Shown here piece by piece: positions 9,050 to 17,555 of a stretch of DNA of 32,766 nt (the first letter of the stretch is position 1; each line of letters begins with the position of its first letter). The stretch is from an uncultured Candidatus Bathyarchaeia archaeon (GTDB lineage: Archaea > Thermoproteota > Bathyarchaeia > 40CM-2-53-6), in contig CAYIBO010000002.1 of NCBI GenBank assembly GCA_964361545.1, forward strand, positions 1 to 32,766, given 5' to 3'. The position numbers and the translations under genes were made by a program. A model generated the notes under the pieces. The model had not been told where the DNA came from and made no database searches. It saw only the letters and a program-made list of their open reading frames with translations.

Positions 9050-9086
9050 GATGAGAGTAACGTGTCGCTAGTTCGCGTCTTGAATT

Positions 9087-10562
9087 TTGCAGGACGCTAT
9101 TAGTGGTAATGGATTATTGTGTCCATGTGGTGCAGCTAGCAAACTCGTCGCCTTCCCTGGTACGACTTTTCAACAGACAAGTAGCAATCGGTTAAGCGAC
9201 TCAACAAGAAGAGTCGCGGTTTCCCGAGCGGAGAGAGCAGAAATTCTATCTCACAACTCGCAAGATGCTACGAGAAGCCTTGCCATATTGGGAAGCCAGC
9301 CCGAAGCACTCCTAATGGCAGTCCTCTTCGCAGAAGCAAGAGTTCACACATACCTTGCAGGACCCTTCGAAGGGTCCAGCGAGAGAAGCCTGGGAAGGGC
9401 CTGGGACGAGGCTCAATGGCTACTCTCTCTACACCGGAAGAACGGCACAATCAGACAAGCCGCCGACGTGAGAGACCTGCCTCTCTCTGATATTGAGGAC
9501 ATCGTAGTAGCGGGGCACGCAACGAACCAACGTGAAACAGGCGACCTAGAGAGAGTGGTCAGGGATGTTGCAAAGAATCTGCAGAAAAACAGCAATCTCA
9601 CCTTCACTGGCCTCTGTAGGCCAGGATACACGCTTGAAACCATCGGGGAAACCGTCAGAAAATACAGCGGTCTCTCGATAGGAAGCGAAGTGGGCCTCTG
9701 CTACTCGCCACTCCTCTGGAACGGTGAGCCTCTACATGCCTTCAGAGAAAGACCAGCGATTATCGCAGGGATCGGGGACAAGGCAGTTTCTCATGTTCAA
9801 GACGTTTTTCTGCGAATCTTCCCGACCATGACGACGACATCCAAGGTCAACGCAGCAGAGGCAGCGGGACTGTTCACTCCCATATACAGAGACGTTGTGG
9901 GTGCCCTCCAACTAGAGCTGGCCAACATGTGTGAAGGTGAGCGAGTGGACTATTCTGATGCGATAGATCTATGCAAAGCCTTTGGTTTGCACAATCTTGG
10001 AGTCCCTAGAACCACCCCTGCCAGAGACGCTCTCGCCAGCCAAATAGCAATCTCCTCAAACCGCAACGGGTGGAACTCACACCTGATTAGGGCAGCAAGG
10101 CGAGTGAACGAACATGCACACACGCAGATTCTCATAATGATCAAGAACGCGCTGGCGCGATGTGGCAGACGAATGAGACATTCGAGAATCGCAGTCCTAG
10201 GATTGCATGGACTACGCCCCTCTACAGGAGCGAGACACGAGCCTCCGCAGATACTTCAGACCCTTGAGCGGAGAGGGGCCATAGTTTCCCTCTATCCCGG
10301 AGAGATCCCGGTTGCTAGTCTGAATGGCCTCGCTGAGAGCATAACAGTCGAGAAGACCATTTCCAAGGCTGTTCAGAGAGCCAACTGCGCCCTGATAGCC
10401 CTTGAAAGGCCCGTAGAAACGGAACTCAATCCGCAAAGGCTGGCTTCGGAAATGACCCGGCCGGCTGCAATCTGCGACCTGACACGGGTTATGGAAGCTT
10501 CAAATGTGGAACGGGCAGGCCTCTTCTACACTTCAATCGGAAGAGGCAGCCCGGAGGCATGA
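9087..10562 (+). CDS. divergent UDP-glucose/GDP-mannose dehydrogenase-family paralog lacking the NAD-binding and catalytic motifs (putative pseudoenzyme)
   Basis: It aligns by eye along its whole length with the neighbouring dehydrogenase, but GxGxxG is replaced by ILGSQPEAL. VPTP becomes AGHAT and ESTxxPGTT becomes TGLCRPGYT. SPERI becomes [13 protein letters not shown] becomes TTPARDAL, and the UDP-binding R-E-S-P becomes HEPP. TTG start; the N-terminal 60 aa are uncertain. Confidence 0.6.
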   Translation: MQDAISGNGLLCPCGAASKLVAFPGTTFQQTSSNRLSDSTRRVAVSRAERAEILSHNSQDATRSLAILGSQPEALLMAVLFAEARVHTYLAGPFEGSSERSLGRAWDEAQWLLSLHRKNGTIRQAADVRDLPLSDIEDIVVAGHATNQRETGDLERVVRDVAKNLQKNSNLTFTGLCRPGYTLETIGETVRKYSGLSIGSEVGLCYSPLLWNGEPLHAFRERPAIIAGIGDKAVSHVQDVFLRIFPTMTTTSKVNAAEAAGLFTPIYRDVVGALQLELANMCEGERVDYSDAIDLCKAFGLHNLGVPRTTPARDALASQIAISSNRNGWNSHLIRAARRVNEHAHTQILIMIKNALARCGRRMRHSRIAVLGLHGLRPSTGARHEPPQILQTLERRGAIVSLYPGEIPVASLNGLAESITVEKTISKAVQRANCALIALERPVETELNPQRLASEMTRPAAICDLTRVMEASNVERAGLFYTSIGRGSPEA

Positions 10563-11500
10563 AACGTGTCAACGCAGGCGTAATAGGAACAGGTTTCTGG
10601 GGCGAAAACCAGGTCAGAGTACTCCGACAAAGCCGGGCCTGCAACCTCCTCGGAATCTGCGACACTAGTGAGAAGCGTGCTCGAGAAGTAGGCTCAAGGT
10701 ACGATGTGCCCTGGTTCACGGACCTTCAGAAATTTCTGAGAACTCCGGGGCTCCAAGCAGTAACGGTCTGCACTCCGACCCATACGCATCTCAAAGTGGG
10801 CCTCAGCGCTCTCGAAGCTGGGAAAAACGTTCTCGTCGAGAAGCCGATGACGGGAGAAGAGAAGGCTGCAGAGAGGCTCATCAGTGCAGCCCGAAGAGGC
10901 GGCCTGAAACTGCTGGTGGGCTTCATAGAGCGGTTCAACCCAGGCGTGGGAATGGTCAGGAAAATGCTCGAGAGGAGGGTCGTTGGCGAGGTTATCATCG
11001 CCACAGGACGAAGAGTGGCCCGCTGGCCCGTCCGAATAGGGGATGTTGGGGTGATCAAGGACACGGCGATACACGATATTGATGTCATGAGATATCTATT
11101 GGACGAAGACGTGTCCGCGGTATATGCCCAGACCGGTTCACTCAAGCATTCTTTCGAGGATTACGCGGAAATCGTGTTGCGCTTTGGCGGGGGCACAACC
11201 GGGTTTATAGACGCTAACTGGCTCACGCCGCGCAAGGTCCGGACCCTCATAATAACAGGAAGCGAGGCGACAATAAACCTCGACTACATAACCCAAGAGA
11301 TAACCGTAGAGGACTCAGAGAAACTCACCAAGCCTCACGCTAAGTGGGACGAGCCATTGCGCTTGGAGCTGGAACACTTCCTCGAAGCGGTAATGAACGA
11401 TGCGGACCCACACCCGTCGGGGGAGGACGCATTGGAGGCAATACGGATATGCGATGCGGCTTTGAGATCGGGCAAGAGTCGACAAGTCGTCAACGTGTGA
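10559..11500 (+). CDS. Gfo/Idh/MocA-family NAD(P)-dependent oxidoreductase (WbpB-like sugar-nucleotide dehydrogenase candidate)
   Basis: N-terminal VNAGVIGTGFWGENQVRVL Rossmann motif and the VLVEKPM (EKP) motif. The ATG overlaps the upstream stop as ATGA at 10559-10562. Confidence 0.85.
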   Translation: MKRVNAGVIGTGFWGENQVRVLRQSRACNLLGICDTSEKRAREVGSRYDVPWFTDLQKFLRTPGLQAVTVCTPTHTHLKVGLSALEAGKNVLVEKPMTGEEKAAERLISAARRGGLKLLVGFIERFNPGVGMVRKMLERRVVGEVIIATGRRVARWPVRIGDVGVIKDTAIHDIDVMRYLLDEDVSAVYAQTGSLKHSFEDYAEIVLRFGGGTTGFIDANWLTPRKVRTLIITGSEATINLDYITQEITVEDSEKLTKPHAKWDEPLRLELEHFLEAVMNDADPHPSGEDALEAIRICDAALRSGKSRQVVNV

Positions 11501-11556
11501 TAGTCACCTACACATTCAGCTAGAATTAGACTTATCAGGCTCCACGAAATCTCCTG

Positions 11557-11841
11557 TTGAAGAGTGATAACATGAAGAGACGGTTGATGGACATCCTCGC
11601 CTGCCCGATAGACAAGCACTATCCACTGGACCTTCACGTCTTCGAGGAGAAGGACGAAATCGTGGAGGGAATGCTGGTCTGCTCAGAGTGCGGACGCTGG
11701 TATCCGATCATGGACGAGATCCCACAGCTCCTGCCAGACGACCTTCGCGAGGCCAAGCCGGAACTATCTTGGCTGGAGAAGTGGAAGAACAAGGTTCCGC
11801 AGAAGGTGCTGACAGAAGGGAAGCCGTTTACGTTACGATAA
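11557..11841 (+). CDS. Trm112-family small protein
   Basis: LMDILACPIDKHYPL ... LVCSECGRWYPIMDEIPQLLPDD is the typical Trm112/DUF343 pattern. ATG start. Confidence 0.7.
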   Translation: MKSDNMKRRLMDILACPIDKHYPLDLHVFEEKDEIVEGMLVCSECGRWYPIMDEIPQLLPDDLREAKPELSWLEKWKNKVPQKVLTEGKPFTLR

Positions 11842-11847
11842 TGCTAG

Positions 11848-12609
11848 TCATGAGGTTCTGATCGGGACCTCCGGAAGGTCGTACCAACGCTTCTTCTCTC
11901 CTATAGCATCCCTAAGCTTCCATTTCAAACTCTTAGGGACCTCGTCAATGGCCCTTAGGAGCTTCTCGATTCTAGCTCGGATGAGATGCTCAGATGAAGG
12001 GTCCAATTCGTAACGAGAAAGAAACGCCGGGATCTTGTTCAGGGTGAGTGTAACGGTCTTTTGAAGACCCCAGTCGCTGGAACAGAGGCTTGCTATGTAA
12101 CCAGCGTCAATAACCTCCCTCTGGGAGGGTGCGATAGTCATCTCGGCCTCGTGATCGCTTAGAATGGCGATCAAGTCCCGAATGTCCTTCTCGTTGGCTT
12201 CGACGATCTGAAGCTTTGTGAGTAACAGGTCGGTAATTGGGATAGTGAACTCGTCTAGGATAAGCCTCTTTCCAATGGGCAGAACATGGCACATCTTGAA
12301 AATCTCTAGGAAAACATCTACAGATCGCTTGTTAGCTGGATCATCGTAAATTAGCCTCGTCTCCCCGTGCAGCGCGTTGAACCTCTGGTTGGGCTCGTAA
12401 CCCAGATCAGTGAGGAGTTTCCGAATCAGGCGACCCTGTTTCTGTGTTCCGAAGAAGTCTAGGTCAGGATAGTTTCTCTGGAGTTCCCGGTGGGACGCAC
12501 TCGGACAGTGGTACTTCACAGCGACGCCTCCAAAAAGCCTCAGGACTATTCCCCTTGACCTTGCTTCGTCAAGAATACGTCTCGCTTCGTCTGCTATTGG
12601 TGCTTCCAA
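11848..12609 (-). CDS. uncharacterised nucleotidyltransferase-fold protein
   Basis: Minimal NTase signature LRLFGGVAV ... YPDLDFFG (hG[GS] followed by DxD). The rest is helical, and I see no recognisable HEPN Rx4-6H motif. TTG start. Confidence 0.5.
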   Translation of the reverse strand: MEAPIADEARRILDEARSRGIVLRLFGGVAVKYHCPSASHRELQRNYPDLDFFGTQKQGRLIRKLLTDLGYEPNQRFNALHGETRLIYDDPANKRSVDVFLEIFKMCHVLPIGKRLILDEFTIPITDLLLTKLQIVEANEKDIRDLIAILSDHEAEMTIAPSQREVIDAGYIASLCSSDWGLQKTVTLTLNKIPAFLSRYELDPSSEHLIRARIEKLLRAIDEVPKSLKWKLRDAIGEKKRWYDLPEVPIRTS

Positions 12610-12652
12610 ACTTCAGAACTTTGTCCTAGAAAATGCCCCCAAGTGATCATGC

Positions 12653-12721
12653 GTACTTAAGCATCGTCTAACTGCCAACATGAATGTCCACCGACGCACG
12701 GTAGTCGTAACGTAACTTAAG
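12653..12721. promoter_or_regulatory. two GTA(A)CTTAAG boxes in a divergent promoter region
   Basis: GTACTTAAG at 12653-12661 and GTAACTTAAG at 12712-12721. The second ends 28 nt before the TTG start at 12749, and the first is 44 nt from the minus-strand start at 12609. CTTAAG fits a weak archaeal TATA (YTTAWA) in either direction. Confidence 0.3.
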
Positions 12722-12748
12722 AACCGGGGAACGACTGGGACAAACAGG

Positions 12749-13690
12749 TTGGTAAAGACAAGGATCATTTTCGCCTCCGACTTTCATGGTAGTGACATAG
12801 TGTGGAGGAAATTTCTCAATTCTGCATCCATGTTCACCGCAGATGTTCTCCTTATGGGGGGTGACATGACCAGTAAGGTCATGGTTCCCATTGTCAGGGG
12901 GGATGGCTCCTACACGACGAACTTCAAAGGAACTCAACAGACAGTTGCTGAGGACGGGCTCGTTCAATTGAAGAAGAAGATTCGCCAACACTGTTACCTT
13001 CCATACGTGTGTACTCCACAGGAGCTTGATGAACTCCACAAGAGCGAGATGAAGGTCGAGAAGGTCTTTGAGCAATTGGAAGTGGAGATGCTCAAGGAAT
13101 GGTTATCTCTCATTCCCCAGAAGGCCCCGAACACAAAGGTGATTTTTCACCCTGGCAACGATGACAAGTTCGCCTTAGACGCGGTGCTAAAGGAATCTCC
13201 CCGGGTGACTTTCGCAGAAGAATCAGTGGTCGAGTTTGACAGTGTTCACGAAGCAGCGTGCTGTGGCTGGTCTAACCCTACGCCTTGGAACAGTCCCAGG
13301 GAGTGTACGGAGGAACAGCTGTTGGAGAAGTTGGAGCGGACGATTTCTATGCTAAAGTCTGTCCAAACATCGTGTTTCTGCTTCCACGTCCCTCCTTACA
13401 ATTCTACGATTGATATGGCACCGAAGCTGGACCCTACTCTGAGGCCTGTATACGAAGGAGGAAGACCAGCATTCATTCCGGTCGGGTCAGTCTCAGTAAG
13501 GAAAGTCATAGAGAAATACCAGCCTTTGCTTGGGCTCCACGGACACATTCATGAGAGCCCAGGCCTCGTGAACATTGGCAGGACACAATGTATCAACCCT
13601 GGCAGCGAATACACGGAAGGGATTCTGAAGGCCTACGTCGTTGAGCTGGAGGACGGAAAGGTTAGGCGGCTTCAACGACTCGAAGGCTAG
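12749..13690 (+). CDS. calcineurin-like metallophosphoesterase
   Basis: Motifs in order: IIFASDFHGS, LLMGGDMTSK, FHPGNDD, GLHGHIHES. TTG start; motif I begins at residue 10, which leaves no alternative start. Confidence 0.8.
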   Translation: MVKTRIIFASDFHGSDIVWRKFLNSASMFTADVLLMGGDMTSKVMVPIVRGDGSYTTNFKGTQQTVAEDGLVQLKKKIRQHCYLPYVCTPQELDELHKSEMKVEKVFEQLEVEMLKEWLSLIPQKAPNTKVIFHPGNDDKFALDAVLKESPRVTFAEESVVEFDSVHEAACCGWSNPTPWNSPRECTEEQLLEKLERTISMLKSVQTSCFCFHVPPYNSTIDMAPKLDPTLRPVYEGGRPAFIPVGSVSVRKVIEKYQPLLGLHGHIHESPGLVNIGRTQCINPGSEYTEGILKAYVVELEDGKVRRLQRLEG

Positions 13691-14132
13691 ATGACGGCCT
13701 TCTCCCCGAAATAACCCCCTGAACAAAGTTCCGAAACTCCTGCGGACGAGCATTAGTCTGAGAAATGGGGAGGTCCAGGAATTCCTCGTCTGAGGACTTG
13801 TAAAGCCTCAAATTGGGCCGTCCATACTGGTCGAGTCTTATTGACACCGTCCTGTAGCTTCTCCAATTCCCTTGTGCAATCTCCTTGCTGCCCTTACGAA
13901 GGACGAACGTTGTCTCATCGAACCGAATTTCAACGTGGCTCTTCTTCAGGTAGAGAAGCCTACCGATCGACAAGCCGATGGGAAAGGCGGCACTGAGTGC
14001 TACAAGTCTAAGAGGACTTTGAGACATTCCAGAGCTGATTAGGCCGATGTTGATGGCTAAAGCCACCAGTAGCACAAAGGGAGAGCTGTAAGCCAACAGT
14101 ACTGATATTTGGGTTCTAGTCAACGTTTTCAC
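13662..14132 (-). CDS. membrane protein: two N-terminal TM helices plus a PH-like (bPH-type) soluble domain
   Basis: Hydrophobic segments ISVLLAYSSPFVLLVALAINIGLI and LRLVALSAAFPIGLSIGRLLYL are followed by a beta-rich domain. GTG start overlaps the upstream gene by 17 nt. The 3' end overlaps the convergent phosphoesterase by 29 nt. Confidence 0.5.
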   Translation of the reverse strand: MKTLTRTQISVLLAYSSPFVLLVALAINIGLISSGMSQSPLRLVALSAAFPIGLSIGRLLYLKKSHVEIRFDETTFVLRKGSKEIAQGNWRSYRTVSIRLDQYGRPNLRLYKSSDEEFLDLPISQTNARPQEFRNFVQGVISGRRPSSSLRVVEAA

Positions 14133-14640
14133 GGTTTAGCTTCCTCAGTAGCTTCTTCAATCCTAAGTGCTTCCCGATGCTCCGGCCTACCTGATTATTG
14201 CTGAACACTGTCTGTGCCGATGAAGTGCTCACCACTGCGAGGCCCAACTCCCTCCTGTCGTATCTCGAAACGAAAGCAACGGTAGACGCCGGGAGTTCCA
14301 TGTCAGAGAATAAAATCAACCAAGACCAATGAAGTCCTTCCCTTTCGATAGCCTGTGATACGATTTCCATCTTCCTACGAAGCCTATCCACAGTGAACCG
14401 CCCAGCCCTGCCTTCGTCACAGCAAAACAGGGAGACAGAGTAGTCTGGCAGAGCGGTCCATGAGAAGAATCTTGAAAGGAAGAGCCCTCTGTTTCTGGTC
14501 CTGCCCTTAGCCAAGAGGCTGAAAACGGTGTCCCCTACTCGCACATCCCGAAAGAACTCATTAAGGTCCGCTATCAAACGAGCTCGTCCCTGGATAAGGT
14601 CGAGTTCGAGACTATCAATGATAGTGTCGACCCCGGTCAT
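14116..14640 (-). CDS. hypothetical protein (174 aa)
   Basis: The first canonical start downstream of the permease stop is the ATG at 14640. A TATA-like box precedes it. No family is recognised; there is a weak PD..DEG-like stretch (ALPDYSVSLFCCDEGR). Confidence 0.45.
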   Translation of the reverse strand: MTGVDTIIDSLELDLIQGRARLIADLNEFFRDVRVGDTVFSLLAKGRTRNRGLFLSRFFSWTALPDYSVSLFCCDEGRAGRFTVDRLRRKMEIVSQAIEREGLHWSWLILFSDMELPASTVAFVSRYDRRELGLAVVSTSSAQTVFSNNQVGRSIGKHLGLKKLLRKLNRENVD

Positions 14641-14663
14641 CGGAGCAAAGTGGTCGTTTCCAA

Positions 14664-14672
14664 GGAAATAAG
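14664..14672 (-). promoter_or_regulatory. TATA-like box for the 14640 gene
   Basis: The minus strand reads CTTATTTCC, ending about 24 nt upstream of the ATG at 14640. This is consistent with a leaderless or near-leaderless archaeal transcript. Confidence 0.35.
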
Positions 14673-14739
14673 CTGATCGGCCGGGCTTCCCATAGCGCCT
14701 ACAAAATCGCCAAAGGGAGATGGTAATGTCCGAAGGAGC

Positions 14740-14746
14740 AAAAAAA
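14740..14746 (-). terminator. oligo-T tract (T7 on the minus strand) after the permease gene
   Basis: A7 on the plus strand equals T7 on the coding strand, about 32 nt downstream of the permease stop at 14778. Oligo-T runs are the established archaeal termination signal. Confidence 0.5.
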
Positions 14747-14777
14747 CGGAGGATTCGAAGGGGTACGAAGGCGTTGC

Positions 14778-16550
14778 TTATTCTGGCGGGATCTGTGCGA
14801 AGATTGTTGCGTAGTTCACTCCGGGACGACGTCGATGTACTATGTAAATCACCATACCAATGACGGCGAGGATGATGACGAACCACAGTCCCCACAGCTG
14901 GTCAAAGGTCCTCGGTGCTCCGAGGTTGAAGTCACCTGCCGGTGCGAATAGCAATTCGTAGTCGATGAACAGGTTCGCTATCACCCCAGCTGCTCCCAAA
15001 AGTACCATCCCCCATTTTCCACCCGGCTTGTACGGAGCAGTATCAAAGATCTGGCGTTTGCTAGCTCTCAGCGGGAGGATGACGAGGGACAGGGTGAAAA
15101 GCGTGAAGAATAGCGCATCTGCAAGGTCTGTAATTCCCACTCCGCCCACGCTTCCCAGTGTACCTTGGAGGACAAGGTTGCCTCCCGGATTCCAACTCTT
15201 ACCTGAATCGAAGACACCGGACTCCGTGGCTAATCCCAATGTCGCGACTACTCCGGTAGCTATTACCGCATTGATTGGAGAGTGGAACCTGTCGTTGACA
15301 TTAGCGAGCGGACCTGGAAGAACCCTATCAAATGACATGGCGAAGAGGATGCGGGAAGCAGTCAATATGAACGGGGGGATGTCGTTGGCTATCCAAAAGA
15401 CACCGAATACAACAAGTAATACGTTAAAGTCCTTCAGGCCGATGCCCGCCGCTACCAGTCCAGCCACTGATGTGGTCCAAAGGCCCACATCGGGCAGTCC
15501 GACACTATCCAAAGATGGTGCCCCAATCGAACCACCATGGGACATGTAGCTCCATGCCGACAAGAGCGAGTACTCTTTGCCGTCGACTGTGACACTAGCT
15601 ATTCCTTTCAGAGCTCCGGCCGCGGCGGAAGATACGGCAATGTACAGTGCAATGATAAGGAGAGTTGCTATTATGACAGCCTTCGGTATGGAGCGATTGG
15701 CCTCCTTGACCTCCCCCGCCACGAACGTCGAAGCTGCATAGCCAATGTAGGCAAAGTAGGCACCTATGAGAGCGGTCCCGACTGCCCCCCAGTAGCCTCC
15801 TACTGCACCCGCTTGGTCCTGAATCGCAACTACCGTAGAAGGCAAAGTACCTGTTGCGTTTGTGGCCGCGTCCACGTACTGTTGAGCAGAGACTCCAGGA
15901 AAGAGTGTGCTTAATCCATTTGTGATAGTGGTCGAGTTGGCTTGGCCCAAGAGTCCGAACACGAAGAACGTAAGAACTGCAGGGATCCAGAACATTACCT
16001 GAAGAAGCATCCCGGTGAGCTTAACACCGAACACACCGACTATCGTGAAGGCAATGACCAACAGTAGTCCCACCGAGAAGAGAAACACGTCGCGCGATAT
16101 TCCTGCAGGGGTTGTGAAGCCGGTTCCGAAGGCGATAGGCCCCATGATGAGGTAAATTCCTTCGAATACTGCGACGGCGATGATGCCAAATGACCAAGCT
16201 ATGCTAAGAAACTCTAGCCAGGCTCCAGTGAATCCCCAGAATGGCCCGACGATTCTCGAAATGACCACGTAACCGCCGCCTGATCTAGGCATTGCGGCGG
16301 TGAGGACGGCGATGGCTAAGACCGACAAAAGAATGGCGATTCCTCCGAGGATGAAAGCCATAGTCATTGGGCTGATGCCCGCAATGTACTCGTTCTCGGG
16401 GAGCGGGGCCAGCCCAGTAAATTGGAAAACGCGCTTTTGCCACCCGAGTCCTACGACGTTGGCGATAACGATGATGATCGCAGTGATGAAGCCGATTTCT
16501 CGTACTAGCCCAGTTGCTTTTCTTACGAATAACTTCTCTTCTACAGCCAA
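14778..16550 (-). CDS. APC-superfamily amino acid/polyamine permease
   Basis: 590 aa with at least 12 hydrophobic segments. The N-terminal region (RKATGLVREIGFITAIIIVIANVVGLGW) is typical of APC transporters. TTG start. Confidence 0.85.
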   Translation of the reverse strand: MAVEEKLFVRKATGLVREIGFITAIIIVIANVVGLGWQKRVFQFTGLAPLPENEYIAGISPMTMAFILGGIAILLSVLAIAVLTAAMPRSGGGYVVISRIVGPFWGFTGAWLEFLSIAWSFGIIAVAVFEGIYLIMGPIAFGTGFTTPAGISRDVFLFSVGLLLVIAFTIVGVFGVKLTGMLLQVMFWIPAVLTFFVFGLLGQANSTTITNGLSTLFPGVSAQQYVDAATNATGTLPSTVVAIQDQAGAVGGYWGAVGTALIGAYFAYIGYAASTFVAGEVKEANRSIPKAVIIATLLIIALYIAVSSAAAGALKGIASVTVDGKEYSLLSAWSYMSHGGSIGAPSLDSVGLPDVGLWTTSVAGLVAAGIGLKDFNVLLVVFGVFWIANDIPPFILTASRILFAMSFDRVLPGPLANVNDRFHSPINAVIATGVVATLGLATESGVFDSGKSWNPGGNLVLQGTLGSVGGVGITDLADALFFTLFTLSLVILPLRASKRQIFDTAPYKPGGKWGMVLLGAAGVIANLFIDYELLFAPAGDFNLGAPRTFDQLWGLWFVIILAVIGMVIYIVHRRRPGVNYATIFAQIPPE

Positions 16551-16904
16551 AGTTTCACCGTTTGCTGTAGAGGGTTCTTTTCCGCTTCAGAATTGATTTA
16601 AGGCTTTGCAATGACTTCAGCCGGTTGAGAACGGCTCGAATATTGACAGTATCGAGGTTTGCTTCGGATATGATAACAAATTTACCATTCCTACTCCGAA
16701 TAATCAAATCTCTCTACCGTCGCTTTCAACTTCAAGAGGGACCCGGAGGAGCCATTCCAAACTACGGGGACTGTTCCACTGAGCGACAAGGTTGACGAGA
16801 AGCTAAAGCGGCGGGAAGTTCGGTACGACAGAGAACGGCGAGTTAGAATAAAGTGGAGCGAAGACACCGAAACTCTGGAAGAGGTCTTCGATCGCAGAAC
16901 GATA

Positions 16905-17555
16905 ATGACAGTTCTCAAGATGCTCAACACCGGAAAGCTCAGGGAGCTCCACGGGGTGCTAAAGTCCGGCAAGGAAAGCCGAGTTTACCACGGCATAGAT
17001 TCCGAGGGCGGGGAAGTCGCGGTCAAGATTTTTCTCACCACTTCCGCGATCTTCCGCCAAGGCCGACTGAAGTATCTCCAGGGAGACCCTAGGTTCAAGG
17101 AGGTCCAGCACGATACAACTTCCCTAGTCGACCAGTGGGCTTTGAAGGAATTCTGGAACCTCCGTCTGGCCAGTGACGCTGGGGTAGAGGTCCCAACCCC
17201 AATCCATGTGGAGAAGAACGTGCTTCTCCTGAAATTCATCGGAAGAGAGGGAATACCGGCCCCGCTCCTCCGCGATGTCAAACTCCAATCCCCTAAGGAC
17301 TGGTACAGGAAGATAGTTGAAATGGTTAAGCAACTGTACTCCAAGGCCGGCCTGGTTCATGGGGACATTAGCGAGTACAACATCATGATCCCAAACGGCT
17401 ACCCGGTACTCATCGACTTCGGACAGGCAGTCTCGAAGGAACACCCCGAGGCACGCGTTTTCCTGGAACGCGATATCTCTAACCTAAACCATTATTTCCA
17501 AATGCTCAAGGTGAGGACCCGCTCATACGAGAAGATCTTCGGAGAAGAGAACTAG
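16905..17555 (+). CDS. RIO-type serine/threonine protein kinase (Rio1-like)
   Basis: Blocks LKSGKESRVYHG, VAVKIF, LVHGDISEYNIM and LIDFGQAV. Coordinates use the first canonical start, but the Rio N-terminal helix (EEVFDRRTIMTVLKML) and more continue upstream in frame back to 16704. See findings. Confidence 0.85.
   Translation: MTVLKMLNTGKLRELHGVLKSGKESRVYHGIDSEGGEVAVKIFLTTSAIFRQGRLKYLQGDPRFKEVQHDTTSLVDQWALKEFWNLRLASDAGVEVPTPIHVEKNVLLLKFIGREGIPAPLLRDVKLQSPKDWYRKIVEMVKQLYSKAGLVHGDISEYNIMIPNGYPVLIDFGQAVSKEHPEARVFLERDISNLNHYFQMLKVRTRSYEKIFGEEN

Noticed and set aside
14641-14895. Long form (259 aa) of the hypothetical gene, overlapping the permease C-terminus.
   Set aside because: Its start lies inside the permease coding sequence. 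A T7 terminator and a TATA-like box sit between the permease stop and the ATG at 14640, and the stretch 14641-14777 contains no other canonical start.
16670-16795. 41-aa ORF from ATG 16670, considered as a frameshifted true N-terminus of Rio1.
   Set aside because: Its translation (MITNLPFLLRIIKSLYRRFQLQEG...) does not resemble Rio N-termini. The Rio-like sequence is already in the main frame from about 16779. This cannot be excluded without read data.
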